Part shown: in pieces, positions 8,386 through 17,295 of the stretch | How positions within the stretch are numbered: the first letter of the stretch is position 1 | Layout of the letters: each line of letters begins with the position of its first letter | Origin: Aminobacteriaceae bacterium | GTDB taxonomy: Bacteria > Synergistota > Synergistia > Synergistales > Aminobacteriaceae | Direction: 5' to 3' | DNA: 29,769 nt | Assembly: GCA_041678025.1 (NCBI GenBank) | Contig: JBAYOX010000001.1 | Coordinates: forward strand, 1 to 29,769 | Position numbers and translations under genes: made by a program | The notes under the pieces: generated by a model | Told to the model about the DNA's origin: nothing | Database searches by the model: none | Seen by the model: only the letters and a program-made list of their open reading frames with translations

Positions 8386-10413
8386 ATGGAGAGCGATTTG
8401 GCGCGTGTGCCGGAGGAGGCGCGCTCGCGGGCTGAATACCTGAGGGGGGAGATTTTGAGGCACGGAAGGCTTTACTATGTCCTCGACGCCCCCGAGATAC
8501 CGGACGACGAGTACGACGCCCTCTTTGCCGAGCTTGTGGGGCTGGAGGGGCTCTATCCGCCCCTTCGCACGCCCGATTCGCCGACCCGGAGGGTCGGAGG
8601 CAGGGCCGCGGATGGGTTCGTAAAGGTACCTCTGACAGAGCCGATGCTGAGCCTCGACAACGCCCTCGACATGGGTGGCCTGTCAGCATTCCTGGCCAGG
8701 ACGGCCCCATTCGCGGGTGAGGAGGGGTACGTGTGCGAGCTCAAGATCGACGGGCTCGCCGTCTCCCTTCTGTACGAGGATGGCATCTTCGTCCGAGGGA
8801 CGACAAGGGGAGACGGACGCATCGGAGAGGATGTTACTGCCAACCTCCGCACCATCAGGAACCTGCCCATACGCCTCTCGGGGGACTACCCGCACTCTTT
8901 GGAGGTGAGGGGGGAGGTCCTGATCCTGCGCAGCGACTTCGCCGAGCTGAACGATCTGCGCGAGGAGAGAGGGGAGCCGCTGTTCGCCAACCCGCGCAAC
9001 GCCGCAGCCGGCAGCCTCAGGCAGCTCGACCCGGCGGTGGTCGCGGAGAGACGCCTTTCAATCTACACCTACTCGATACTGAGTCCGGAATCCCTCGGGC
9101 TGGACAGCCAGAGGGACGTCCTGGCCCGACTCGTTGATGTTGGGTTTCCGGTACAGCCCGCCTGGGACAGCTGCTCTGCGGACGGGGTCGCAGATTTCGT
9201 CGAGGAGTGGAGGGAGAGGCGCTTCGAGCTCCCCTACGCGACTGACGGAGTGGTCGTCAAGCTGAACTCCCTAGCGTCGTGGGGCGAGCTGGGCAGCACG
9301 TCGCATGCCCCGCGCTGGGCGGTCGCCTTCAAGTACCCCCCCGAGGAGAGGATAACCCGCGTCGAGGAAATAGCAGTATCCGTCGGGCGCACAGGCGCAC
9401 TCACCCCTGTGGCGACCCTCTCCCCTGTGACATTGTCGGGCACGGTGGTGCGCAGGGCGAGCCTTCACAACGAGGACGAGCTCCGCCGCAAGGACGTGCG
9501 CATAGGCGACCTGGTGCGAGTCAGAAAGGCCGGGGAGATAATCCCGGAGATACTTGGGCCGATCGTGGAGGAGAGGACCGGTACGGAGCGCGAGTTCATC
9601 ATGCCGGACAGATGCCCGGCGTGCGGCGGGCCCGTCGCCCGGTTGGAGGGGGAGGTCGCGCTTCGCTGTCAGAACCGCTCGTCATGTCCGGCGCAGCTTA
9701 AAGAGGGAATACTCCACTTCGCCTCGCGCAACGGCATGGACATCCGCGGACTGGGCGAGAGGATAGTCGACCAGCTGGTGGAGAGGGGGATCGTGTTCTC
9801 TCTGGCGGACCTGTACGACCTGAAACACGAAGTCCTGGTTTCTCTCGACAGGATGGGGGAGAAGTCGGCTCAAAATCTCATCGACGGGATAGAAAGATCC
9901 AAGGAACGACCGTTCTCAAGCCTTCTGTCGGCCCTCGGGATTCGCTTCACCGGGGTCCGCGGTGCCGAGATACTCGCCAACGCCTTCCGCGACATGCCGA
10001 CGCTGAGCATGGCGTCAGTGGAGAAGCTCGCCTCGGTCGAAGGTGTCGGTCCTGTGATGGCCGCGGCCATACGTTCGTTCTTCGATCAGCCGGAGAACCG
10101 GAAACTGGTGGAGCGATTAGTCGAGTCAGGAGTAAAGGGGGCCTCGGCCGCGCCTGAAGGTACTCAGGCGGACGAGCATGGTCCCAAGCCGCTTGAGGGA
10201 ATGCGGCTGGTCTTCACCGGAGAGATGAGGTCGATGACGCGACAGGAGGCGGAGGAGCTTGCAAGAAGGCTTGGTGCCACCTGTACCTCTAGTGTATCGG
10301 GCAGGACGACTTACGTGGTTGCCGGAGAGAACGCCGGAGGCAAGCTGGACAGGGCCCGCTCCTTGGGTGTAGCGGTGTTGAACGAGCAGGAGTTCCTGCG
10401 CATGACGGAGTAG
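8386..10413 (+). CDS. ligA: NAD-dependent DNA ligase
   Basis: PMLSLDN, ELKIDG (adenylated Lys), FANPRNAAAGSLRQLD, Zn finger CPAC..C..C, HhH repeats and BRCT VFTG..SSVSGRT. Confidence 0.97.
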   Translation: MESDLARVPEEARSRAEYLRGEILRHGRLYYVLDAPEIPDDEYDALFAELVGLEGLYPPLRTPDSPTRRVGGRAADGFVKVPLTEPMLSLDNALDMGGLSAFLARTAPFAGEEGYVCELKIDGLAVSLLYEDGIFVRGTTRGDGRIGEDVTANLRTIRNLPIRLSGDYPHSLEVRGEVLILRSDFAELNDLREERGEPLFANPRNAAAGSLRQLDPAVVAERRLSIYTYSILSPESLGLDSQRDVLARLVDVGFPVQPAWDSCSADGVADFVEEWRERRFELPYATDGVVVKLNSLASWGELGSTSHAPRWAVAFKYPPEERITRVEEIAVSVGRTGALTPVATLSPVTLSGTVVRRASLHNEDELRRKDVRIGDLVRVRKAGEIIPEILGPIVEERTGTEREFIMPDRCPACGGPVARLEGEVALRCQNRSSCPAQLKEGILHFASRNGMDIRGLGERIVDQLVERGIVFSLADLYDLKHEVLVSLDRMGEKSAQNLIDGIERSKERPFSSLLSALGIRFTGVRGAEILANAFRDMPTLSMASVEKLASVEGVGPVMAAAIRSFFDQPENRKLVERLVESGVKGASAAPEGTQADEHGPKPLEGMRLVFTGEMRSMTRQEAEELARRLGATCTSSVSGRTTYVVAGENAGGKLDRARSLGVAVLNEQEFLRMTE

Positions 10414-10469
10414 TGGAGAGAAATATAAATAGTAAATCAATCAGTCGCTCGATCGGGAGGTTGTACTGC

Positions 10470-10802
10470 ATGACGCTCAAAAAGACAGAGATCGGCGCGC
10501 CGGAGCTGGAGCTGGCCGCGCGCGTCGCGGAGACCGCAAGGATCTCAGTGGATGATGAAGAGGTCCGGGACCTCGCTGAGTATATTAACGAGTTCCTTGG
10601 CTATGCGGACGCGCTCGCTGGTGCGCCGGAGGAGGCGGGACTGCCCGATCCTTCGGCCGTAGAGGGGTATGAGGCGCGGGAGGATGTCGCGGAGCGGTCG
10701 GACGTAGGAGACTCAGTGCTTCAGGCCGCGCCGCGAAGAATAGGCTCCTTCTTCGTGGTGCCTAGGATACTGGGTGCCCAGGATGAGGAGGCCTCGATAT
10801 GA
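10470..10802 (+). CDS. gatC: Asp/Glu-tRNA amidotransferase subunit C (110 aa)
   Basis: ARI...L..I..FL pattern, REDV and C-terminal AAP...SFFVVPRIL. RBS GGGAGG(10455-10460). It overlaps the gatA start by ATGA. Confidence 0.85.
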   Translation: MTLKKTEIGAPELELAARVAETARISVDDEEVRDLAEYINEFLGYADALAGAPEEAGLPDPSAVEGYEAREDVAERSDVGDSVLQAAPRRIGSFFVVPRILGAQDEEASI

Positions 10803-12253
10803 ACCTCTCCTCCATGACCGCTGCGAAGATAGCGTCCGATGTGAGAGGCGGCGCACTTTTAGCCTCTGATGCTGCGGCGGCATTTCTCAAGCTCTCGGAT
10901 GAGCTGGAGCCTGCGCTCAACGCCCTTCTTCATATAGATAAGGGCAGGGTTGAAAAGGCCGATGGCGCACGGAGGGGAGATCTCTCCGGCGTCCCGGTGC
11001 TTATGGACGACGGCCTCTGTGTGCGTGGCATGCCGACTACATGCGCATCCAGAATGCTCGAGGGGTGGGTTGCACCGTACGACTCGGCGGCTGTGGAGCT
11101 GCTTGAGGCGTCAGGGGCGGTGATATGCGGCAAGTGCAATATGGACGAGTTCTCCGTCGGCTGTTCGACGGAGTCATCAGCCTTCGGAGCTGCCTCGAAC
11201 CCGCACGACACGGAGAGAACGCCAGGGGGATCGGCAGGGGGGTGCGCCGCCGCAGTTGCGGCCGGGTATGCCCCTCTGGCCTTCGCCTCCGACACGGGAG
11301 GCTCCCTGCTGCAGCCGGCCTCCTTCTGCGGCGTATACGGCCTCAGACCGACCTACGGACTGGTTAGCCGCTGGGGGGCGACCTCGCTCGCTCCGTCCAT
11401 GGACCAGCTTGGAGTGTTCTCCCGCACCGTGGAGGACGCGGCAATCGCCCTGTCCGTCGTGTCCAGGCCCGACCCTAGGGACGAGACGTCCGACAGGAGG
11501 GAGCGCCCCGACTATGTGGCATCCTGCAGGAGCGCCGCCGGAGAGGGCAACCTGGCGGGGAAGAGGATCGCCATCGTAACGGAGGTTAAGAGCGAATCCC
11601 TCTCCTCGGATGTCGCCGAGGCGTTCGAGAGGGTTGTGAGCCTGTGCGGCAAGGAGGGGGCGGAGATTATCGAGCTCTCCCTCCCTGTGTCGTTCACCTA
11701 CTCAATGCCATGTTTCCAGATGCTCCTTGCGGCGGAGGCGGGTTCTAGCCTCGCCAGGTTCGATGGCATCCGCTACGGACTCTCCGCCGAAGCCGACTCC
11801 CTCGCCGCTCTCTACCTCAATAGCAGGGCTGCGGGGTTCGGTATGGAGGCGAAGAGGACGATAGCCGCCGGCACTTACATTCTCGGCTCCGAGCGATACG
11901 AGGACTGCTACCTCAGGGCCTCGTCGGTCAGGAGCATGATCGCCCGCGAGTTCGCCGATGCCTTCATGAAGTGCGACCTGATAGTGCTTCCGACGACGCC
12001 CTCGGTCGCGTTCAGAAAGGGAGAGTACGACGGCGATCCTTTCGGCATGTGCAGGTCGCAGGCCTTCACCATACAGGCGAGCCTCGCCAGCCTGCCCTCC
12101 CTCACTATGAATGGCGCGGACAGGGCCGGTCTGCCCGCAGGAGTCCAGTTCATCGCCCCAAAATGGGGGGAGGCTGGCCTTCTGGCCGCGGCGTCCGTGA
12201 TAGAACGCTCCATAGGCCCGGCACAGATTGCGACACAGGAGAGGGGGCGCTGA
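10799..12253 (+). CDS. gatA: Asp/Glu-tRNA amidotransferase subunit A with a degenerate glutaminase active site
   Basis: Amidase-signature fold (TTCASRML, GKCNMDEF, PGGSAGG, SDTGGS, QPASFCG, ARFDGIRYG) lying between gatC and gatB. The catalytic Lys position reads Asp (MDDG instead of xKDN). Confidence 0.9.
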   Translation: MNLSSMTAAKIASDVRGGALLASDAAAAFLKLSDELEPALNALLHIDKGRVEKADGARRGDLSGVPVLMDDGLCVRGMPTTCASRMLEGWVAPYDSAAVELLEASGAVICGKCNMDEFSVGCSTESSAFGAASNPHDTERTPGGSAGGCAAAVAAGYAPLAFASDTGGSLLQPASFCGVYGLRPTYGLVSRWGATSLAPSMDQLGVFSRTVEDAAIALSVVSRPDPRDETSDRRERPDYVASCRSAAGEGNLAGKRIAIVTEVKSESLSSDVAEAFERVVSLCGKEGAEIIELSLPVSFTYSMPCFQMLLAAEAGSSLARFDGIRYGLSAEADSLAALYLNSRAAGFGMEAKRTIAAGTYILGSERYEDCYLRASSVRSMIAREFADAFMKCDLIVLPTTPSVAFRKGEYDGDPFGMCRSQAFTIQASLASLPSLTMNGADRAGLPAGVQFIAPKWGEAGLLAAASVIERSIGPAQIATQERGR

Positions 12254-12255
12254 TC

Positions 12256-13743
12256 ATGGGTCAAATCTACGAGCCGGTCATCGGCCTTGAGATTCACGTA
12301 CAGCTGGCGACCGAGTCAAAGCTCTTCTGCTCCTGCTCGACGGACTACATCGGAGCGGAGCCGAACAGCAACACCTGCCCGATATGCCTGGGACTGCCGG
12401 GGGCCCTGCCGTCGCTCAACGCCAAGGCTGTGGAGCTCGCCGTAAAGGCCGCCCTTGGTCTCTCATGCACGGTGAGGGACGGGACTATCTTCCACAGGAA
12501 ACACTACTTCTACGCCGACCTCCCCAAGGCTTACCAGATAAGCCAGTATGACCGCCCCGTCGCTGAGGGGGGAGAGCTGTTCATACCCGGTGACGGCGGA
12601 TCGCCGAAGAGGATCGGCATCACGCGTCTTCATCTGGAGGAGGACGCTGGAAAGCTGGTGCACTCGACCGCTGACGGCAGGCTGGAGGGGGCGGAGGAGT
12701 CCTACGCGGACTACAACCGCGGAGGGGTTCCGCTGGCGGAGATTGTCTCCGACCCGGACATCGGTTCGCCTCGCGAGGCCAGAGAGTACGTCTCGGCGCT
12801 TCGCAGGCTGGTCCGCTACCTGGGCGTGTCGGACGGTGATATGGACAGAGGCTCCATGCGCGTCGACGCCAACATCTCCATCACCAGAAAGAGCGCCGAG
12901 ACTGGTGAGGTCATCCAGAGGGGGGAGCGGGCGGAGATTAAGAACATGAACTCCCTGCGCTCCGTCGAGCGGGCCCTCGAGTACGAGATCCGCAGGCAGA
13001 CCGCGGTGCTCGAACGGGGAGAGGTGCTTGTGCGCGAGACCCGTCACTGGAACGACGTCGAGGGGGTAACGACCTCTATGAGAAGCAAGGAGGCGGCGCT
13101 TGACTACCGCTGTATGCCCGACCCGGACCTGGGTCCGGTCAGAGTGACGGAGGAGATGCTTGCGGCTATCGAAAGCTCGTTTCCCGAGCTGCCCTGGGCC
13201 AAGGAGGCCCGCTTCATCAGCGAGTACTCGCTGAACGAGGTCGATTCGGCCATACTTGTAGAGACTCCCGATCTCGCCGAATACTACGAGGAGTGCATCC
13301 GCTCAGGGGCGTCGCCCGTGCGGGCATCCAACTGGGTCCGCACCGAGGTGCTACGCGTCCTGAACGAGCGAGGAGGCTCGATAGACTCTCTTCCCGTAGG
13401 TCCGGGCGCGTTGGGTGAGCTGATTCGCATGGTGGACGAAGGAAAACTCTCCACCACCGCGGCGAAGGAGGTCTACGGGGAGATGACCGACGGTGGCCTG
13501 CCGCTTGAGGAGGCGCTGAAAAAGTGCGGTGCCGGTGAGGAGCTGTCGCAGGAGTCGCTGGCAGAGGTAGTCCGCAAGGTCATGGACGCAAACCCCGACG
13601 TGCTTACAGAGATACTGGACGACAGGGACGCGAAGGGTAAGAAGAGGAAGTTCCTGTGCGGCCTCGTCATGAGAGAGACGCGCGGTCAGGCGAATTCGGC
13701 TGCCGTCGAGGGACTGATCGACTCGCTCCTACAGGGGCGCTGA
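12256..13743 (+). CDS. gatB: Asp/Glu-tRNA amidotransferase subunit B (495 aa)
   Basis: YEPVIGLEIHVQL, CPICLGLPGALP, RKHYFY.DLPKAYQISQ, HLEEDAGK, DYNRGGVPLAEIVS, GSMRVDANIS, EIKNMNS, and a C-terminal YqeY-like domain. The real start is the ATG at 12256, not 11971. Confidence 0.96.
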   Translation: MGQIYEPVIGLEIHVQLATESKLFCSCSTDYIGAEPNSNTCPICLGLPGALPSLNAKAVELAVKAALGLSCTVRDGTIFHRKHYFYADLPKAYQISQYDRPVAEGGELFIPGDGGSPKRIGITRLHLEEDAGKLVHSTADGRLEGAEESYADYNRGGVPLAEIVSDPDIGSPREAREYVSALRRLVRYLGVSDGDMDRGSMRVDANISITRKSAETGEVIQRGERAEIKNMNSLRSVERALEYEIRRQTAVLERGEVLVRETRHWNDVEGVTTSMRSKEAALDYRCMPDPDLGPVRVTEEMLAAIESSFPELPWAKEARFISEYSLNEVDSAILVETPDLAEYYEECIRSGASPVRASNWVRTEVLRVLNERGGSIDSLPVGPGALGELIRMVDEGKLSTTAAKEVYGEMTDGGLPLEEALKKCGAGEELSQESLAEVVRKVMDANPDVLTEILDDRDAKGKKRKFLCGLVMRETRGQANSAAVEGLIDSLLQGR

Positions 13744-13775
13744 GGGACGCCGTCCTCTCTTTTCAAATTATTTTA

Positions 13776-13804
13776 TTGACTTACGTAAGAGCTGTTAGTA
13801 AGAT
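13776..13804 (+). promoter_or_regulatory. sigma70 promoter for the EF-G2 gene
   Basis: TTGACT(13776-13781)-17 bp-TAAGAT(13799-13804) in an AT-rich gap, with RBS GGAGGAGG downstream. Confidence 0.8.
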
Positions 13805-13862
13805 ATCTTGGTTGCCCTGCGCGAAGCAGGGAAGGAACAAACGCCGGAGGAGGTAGTAGGCA

Positions 13863-15944
13863 ATGGGAACCCGTCAGCCTGAGAACACACGAAGTTTTGC
13901 CTTGGCGGCACACGGAGGAGCTGGGAAGACCAGCCTCGTGGAGGCCATGCTTTTCAACTGTGGAGGCACGAACAGACTGGGAAAGACCGAGGATGGCAAC
14001 ACGGTCAGCGACTTCTCCCAGGAGGAGCAGAAGAGACAGATCTCCATCAACACATCACTGCTCACGATGGAGAGAGGAGGGAAGACCCTCTTCGCGCTCG
14101 ACACCCCTGGATTTGCTGACTTTGTGGGTGAGATGCGCTCTGCGCTCAGCGTGGCTGACTCTCTTATTATAGTTGTCAACGGTGCCAGCGGCATCGAAGT
14201 CCAGACCGACAAGGCCTGGGAGACGGGAGAGGAGTTCGCCCTGCCCACGTCATTCTACATCTCCAAGCTGGATCGCGAGAACTCGGACTTCGAAAAGGTC
14301 CTGGCGGATATCAAGGCGGACTACAGCGACAAGGCCGTGCCGGTGCTCCTTCCGATAGGCAAAGAGTCCTCCTTCACGGGCGTCGTCGACGTCCTGAGAC
14401 AGAAGGCCTACGTCTACGAGCCCAACGGCTCGGGCAAGTTCGAGGAGGGAGATGTTCCTGCCGACATGGCGGACTCTGTCTCATCCGCGAGAGAAGCCCT
14501 GATAGAGAATGTGGTCGAGGCCGACGACGACCTGATGATGCGCTACCTTGACGGGGAGACGGTCTCCGACGAGGAGCTCGTCCCCGTTATGAGGAAGGCG
14601 ATAGGACAGCGTTTGCTACTGCCCGTCTTCCCCGGTGCATCCACCCTGAATATTGGCGTACAACAGATGCTCGACTTCATAGTCGAGTACTTCCCGTCGC
14701 CGCTTGGCTCACGCGCGCGCCTGGCCAAGGTGGACGGAGAGGATGCGGAGATTGCTCCTGACGCGTCGGCACCATTTACCGCCAACTGCTTCAAGGTCAT
14801 GGTCGACCCGTTCGTTGGCAAGCTCTCCTTCATCAGAGTGAACTCGGGTTCCCTAACAACGGACAACAATATCTACAACGTCAACAAGCAGGAGGACGAG
14901 CGCATAAGCTCCTTCAAGTTCATGACCGGAAAAGAGGGAAAGGACGTCAAGGAGATAATCGTCGGAGATATACTGTCGCTGCCGAAGCTTCAGAGCGTCC
15001 AGGTCGGGGATACCCTTGGAGTCAAGGGCTCAAAGACCATCTTCCCGCCGGTCGAGTTCCCCAAGCCGGTCTACAGCGTCGCCATCACTGCAAAGAGCCG
15101 TGCCGACGAGGACAAGCTTGGCAACGCCATCAACAAGACGCTTGAGGAGGACCTGAGCCTCAGCTACGAGAAGAACCCCGAGACCAACGACAGCGTGCTC
15201 TCCGGGATGGGAGACATGCACATCGACATAGTCCTGGCCAAGATGAAGGAGCGCTACGGGGTCGACCTGGACACCAAGACACCGCAGGTCCCGTACAGAG
15301 AGACCATTCGCAAGACAGCGGAGGCTCAAGGCAAGCATAAGAAGCAGACCGGTGGACACGGCCAGTACGGAGATGTCCATATCAGGTACACGCCGATGGA
15401 GAGGGGTTCGGGATTCGAGTTCGAGGACAGCATCGTCGGAGGCGCCATCCCCAAGGGGTTCATACCGGCGGTCGAGAAGGGGCTGCGCGAGAACATGATC
15501 AAGGGGCCCCTGGCGGGCTTTCCCGTCGTAGACTTCAAGGCCACTCTATTCTTCGGTTCCTACCATGATGTAGACAGCTCGGAGATGTCGTTCAAGCTCG
15601 CAGCGAGGCTTTCCTTCAGAAAGGGAATCATGGAGGCCGGTCCCATCCTGCTTGAGCCGATAATGAACGTCGAGGTCACAGTCCCGGAGGACTACCTGGG
15701 CGACGTCATGGGCGACTTCAACAGCAGACGCGGTCGCATCCTCGGAATAGACAGCAAGGGGCACCAGCAGATAGTAAAGGCGCAGGCCCCTCTGGCGGAG
15801 ATGTTCCGCTACGCCATAATACTACGATCGATGACCTCGGGCAGGGGCACCTTCACCATGGAGTACGACCACTACGAAGAGGTCCCGGCGGAGATCTCCA
15901 AGAAGGTCATAGCCGCCCACAAGGAGGAGGAAGAGGAGGAGTAG
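13863..15944 (+). CDS. fusA2: Elongation factor G paralog (EF-G2/FusA2 type)
   Basis: Full EF-G length (693 aa) with domain IV KKQTGGHGQYG, HDVDSSE and domain V LLEPIM. The G motifs diverge (AHGGAGKT, RQISI, DTPGF, SKLD), and the gene is outside the str operon. Confidence 0.9.
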   Translation: MGTRQPENTRSFALAAHGGAGKTSLVEAMLFNCGGTNRLGKTEDGNTVSDFSQEEQKRQISINTSLLTMERGGKTLFALDTPGFADFVGEMRSALSVADSLIIVVNGASGIEVQTDKAWETGEEFALPTSFYISKLDRENSDFEKVLADIKADYSDKAVPVLLPIGKESSFTGVVDVLRQKAYVYEPNGSGKFEEGDVPADMADSVSSAREALIENVVEADDDLMMRYLDGETVSDEELVPVMRKAIGQRLLLPVFPGASTLNIGVQQMLDFIVEYFPSPLGSRARLAKVDGEDAEIAPDASAPFTANCFKVMVDPFVGKLSFIRVNSGSLTTDNNIYNVNKQEDERISSFKFMTGKEGKDVKEIIVGDILSLPKLQSVQVGDTLGVKGSKTIFPPVEFPKPVYSVAITAKSRADEDKLGNAINKTLEEDLSLSYEKNPETNDSVLSGMGDMHIDIVLAKMKERYGVDLDTKTPQVPYRETIRKTAEAQGKHKKQTGGHGQYGDVHIRYTPMERGSGFEFEDSIVGGAIPKGFIPAVEKGLRENMIKGPLAGFPVVDFKATLFFGSYHDVDSSEMSFKLAARLSFRKGIMEAGPILLEPIMNVEVTVPEDYLGDVMGDFNSRRGRILGIDSKGHQQIVKAQAPLAEMFRYAIILRSMTSGRGTFTMEYDHYEEVPAEISKKVIAAHKEEEEEE

Positions 15945-15975
15945 CCTTTCTCGTCTCTTAATCAGGATGATAACG

Positions 15976-16010
15976 AAAGAGAGCCCCGCGCACGCGAGGC
16001 TCTCTTTTTT
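15976..16010. terminator. Bidirectional intrinsic terminator between fusA2 and the convergent binding-protein gene
   Basis: AAAGAGAGCC-C-CGC/GCG-A-GGCTCTCTTT stem followed by a T tract. Confidence 0.85.
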
Positions 16011-16028
16011 CACGTGATAATAAATACC

Positions 16029-17210
16029 TTAGAAGTTGTCCTGTGGCGCCCACATCTCAAGGAAGTTCAGCTTCTGATCCTTCCAGACCATCATCGCGGC
16101 CGGCTTGTTCAGCGGGTTGTGCGTCTCCTTGTCGACCGTGAGGGAGAAGTGAACCAGGCGTAGGTCCTTTGTCTCCTCCAGCGCATCCCTGATAGCAACC
16201 GGGTCGTCGGTGCCCGCTCTTCTGATAGCGTCCGCTACCCAGGTGATGAGGTCGTAGGCGTAAGCCACGTTGCTGGGCTCCGTCACCGGTCTGCCGTACT
16301 CCTTCTCGAAGCGGGAGAAGAGCAGAATCATCTGCGGGTTGAGCAGGTCCATGTTATAGACCCAGTAGCTGCCCTCCATGGCGTCCCCTGCTATCTCTTG
16401 CATGCTCGGGCTGAAGCCGTCTCCTCCGATGAAGGCGGGGAACCAGTCAAGTTCCGCAGCCTGCTTCATGATAAGGCCCATCTCCTTGTAAAGGAGAGGA
16501 AGTGCGACGCCCTCGGCCCCGGAGGCCTTCATCTCGGTCAGCAGCGCCCTGAAGTCGACATCTCCGCTGCGGAATCCCCAGATTCCCTTGAGCTCCCCTC
16601 CGAGTTCCTCGTAGCGTGAAACGAAGAACTCCTTGAGACCCTCGGAGTAGTCGCTCCCCACGTCGGTGATGACCGCCGCGGACTTGATGTTCAACTTGTT
16701 GAAAAAATAGTCGGCCATGACCTTGCCCTGGTAGGGGTCTGTGTAGCTGAGGCGGAATGCGAAGGGGCGAACCTTGTTCGTCTCCGGATCCACGGTGACC
16801 GTCGGGTTGGTAGCAGAGGTCCCTATCTGCGCGACCTTGCCGTTCTCGACCACGGATGCCGTGGCCAGGTTCAGACCGCTGTAGTTCGTCCCGCCGATGA
16901 CGCATACCTTGTCCTCGTAGACGAGCCTGCGGGCCGCATTTATAGCGTCCTCCTGGCGCCCCCGGACGTCGTAGCAGATGAGTTCCAGCGGACGGCCGAG
17001 CACACCGCCTGCCTCGTTGAACTCCTTCACTGCCAGCATCGCGCCCTCTTTTTCATGCTGCCCCCACGTAGAACCGTCTCCGGTGAGTATCGCTAGATAG
17101 CCGATCTTTATCGGCTCGCCCTCCGGAACGGCGGCGAACGATGAAGCGGACATCAACACCAACAGCGCAGCGGCGACCATGAATACCTTACTGTTCAAAA
17201 CTCTCCTCAT
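16029..17210 (-). CDS. Branched-chain/amide-type ABC substrate-binding protein (LivJ-like), orphan
   Basis: Signal peptide, IKIGYLAILTG, GGVLGRPLELICYD, FRLSYTDPYQG, DYSEGL, AYDLITWVADAIRRAG. RBS GAGGAGG. No LivHMGF genes adjacent. Confidence 0.88.
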   Translation of the reverse strand: MRRVLNSKVFMVAAALLVLMSASSFAAVPEGEPIKIGYLAILTGDGSTWGQHEKEGAMLAVKEFNEAGGVLGRPLELICYDVRGRQEDAINAARRLVYEDKVCVIGGTNYSGLNLATASVVENGKVAQIGTSATNPTVTVDPETNKVRPFAFRLSYTDPYQGKVMADYFFNKLNIKSAAVITDVGSDYSEGLKEFFVSRYEELGGELKGIWGFRSGDVDFRALLTEMKASGAEGVALPLLYKEMGLIMKQAAELDWFPAFIGGDGFSPSMQEIAGDAMEGSYWVYNMDLLNPQMILLFSRFEKEYGRPVTEPSNVAYAYDLITWVADAIRRAGTDDPVAIRDALEETKDLRLVHFSLTVDKETHNPLNKPAAMMVWKDQKLNFLEMWAPQDNF

Positions 17211-17255
17211 GTACTTCTCTACCTCCTCGTCTGGTGTTTGAAAAATGTTTGGTCA

Positions 17256-17284
17256 ATTCTAACGGGAGGTTATGTCAATGTCAA
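17256..17284 (-). promoter_or_regulatory. Near-consensus sigma70 promoter for the LivJ-like gene
   Basis: Minus strand TTGACA(17284-17279)-17 bp-TAGAAT(17261-17256). Confidence 0.8.
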
Positions 17285-17295
17285 ATCAGAAGTTG

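Noticed and set aside
7456-8463. 335-aa antisense ORF over lysS
   Set aside because: It mirrors lysS on the opposite strand, as expected from high-GC codon bias, and has no RBS or motif.
10799-12253. gatA as a pseudogene
   Set aside because: It is full length with no stops or frameshifts, keeps its structural motifs and is coupled to gatC. The changes are concentrated at catalytic and substrate positions.
11971-12255. 95-aa N-terminal extension on gatB in the ORF track
   Set aside because: It overlaps gatA out of frame; GatB homology starts at MGQIYEPVIGLE (12256). Similar false extensions were trimmed for rubredoxin, coaX, lysS, gatC, iadA, the first permease and the first ATPase.
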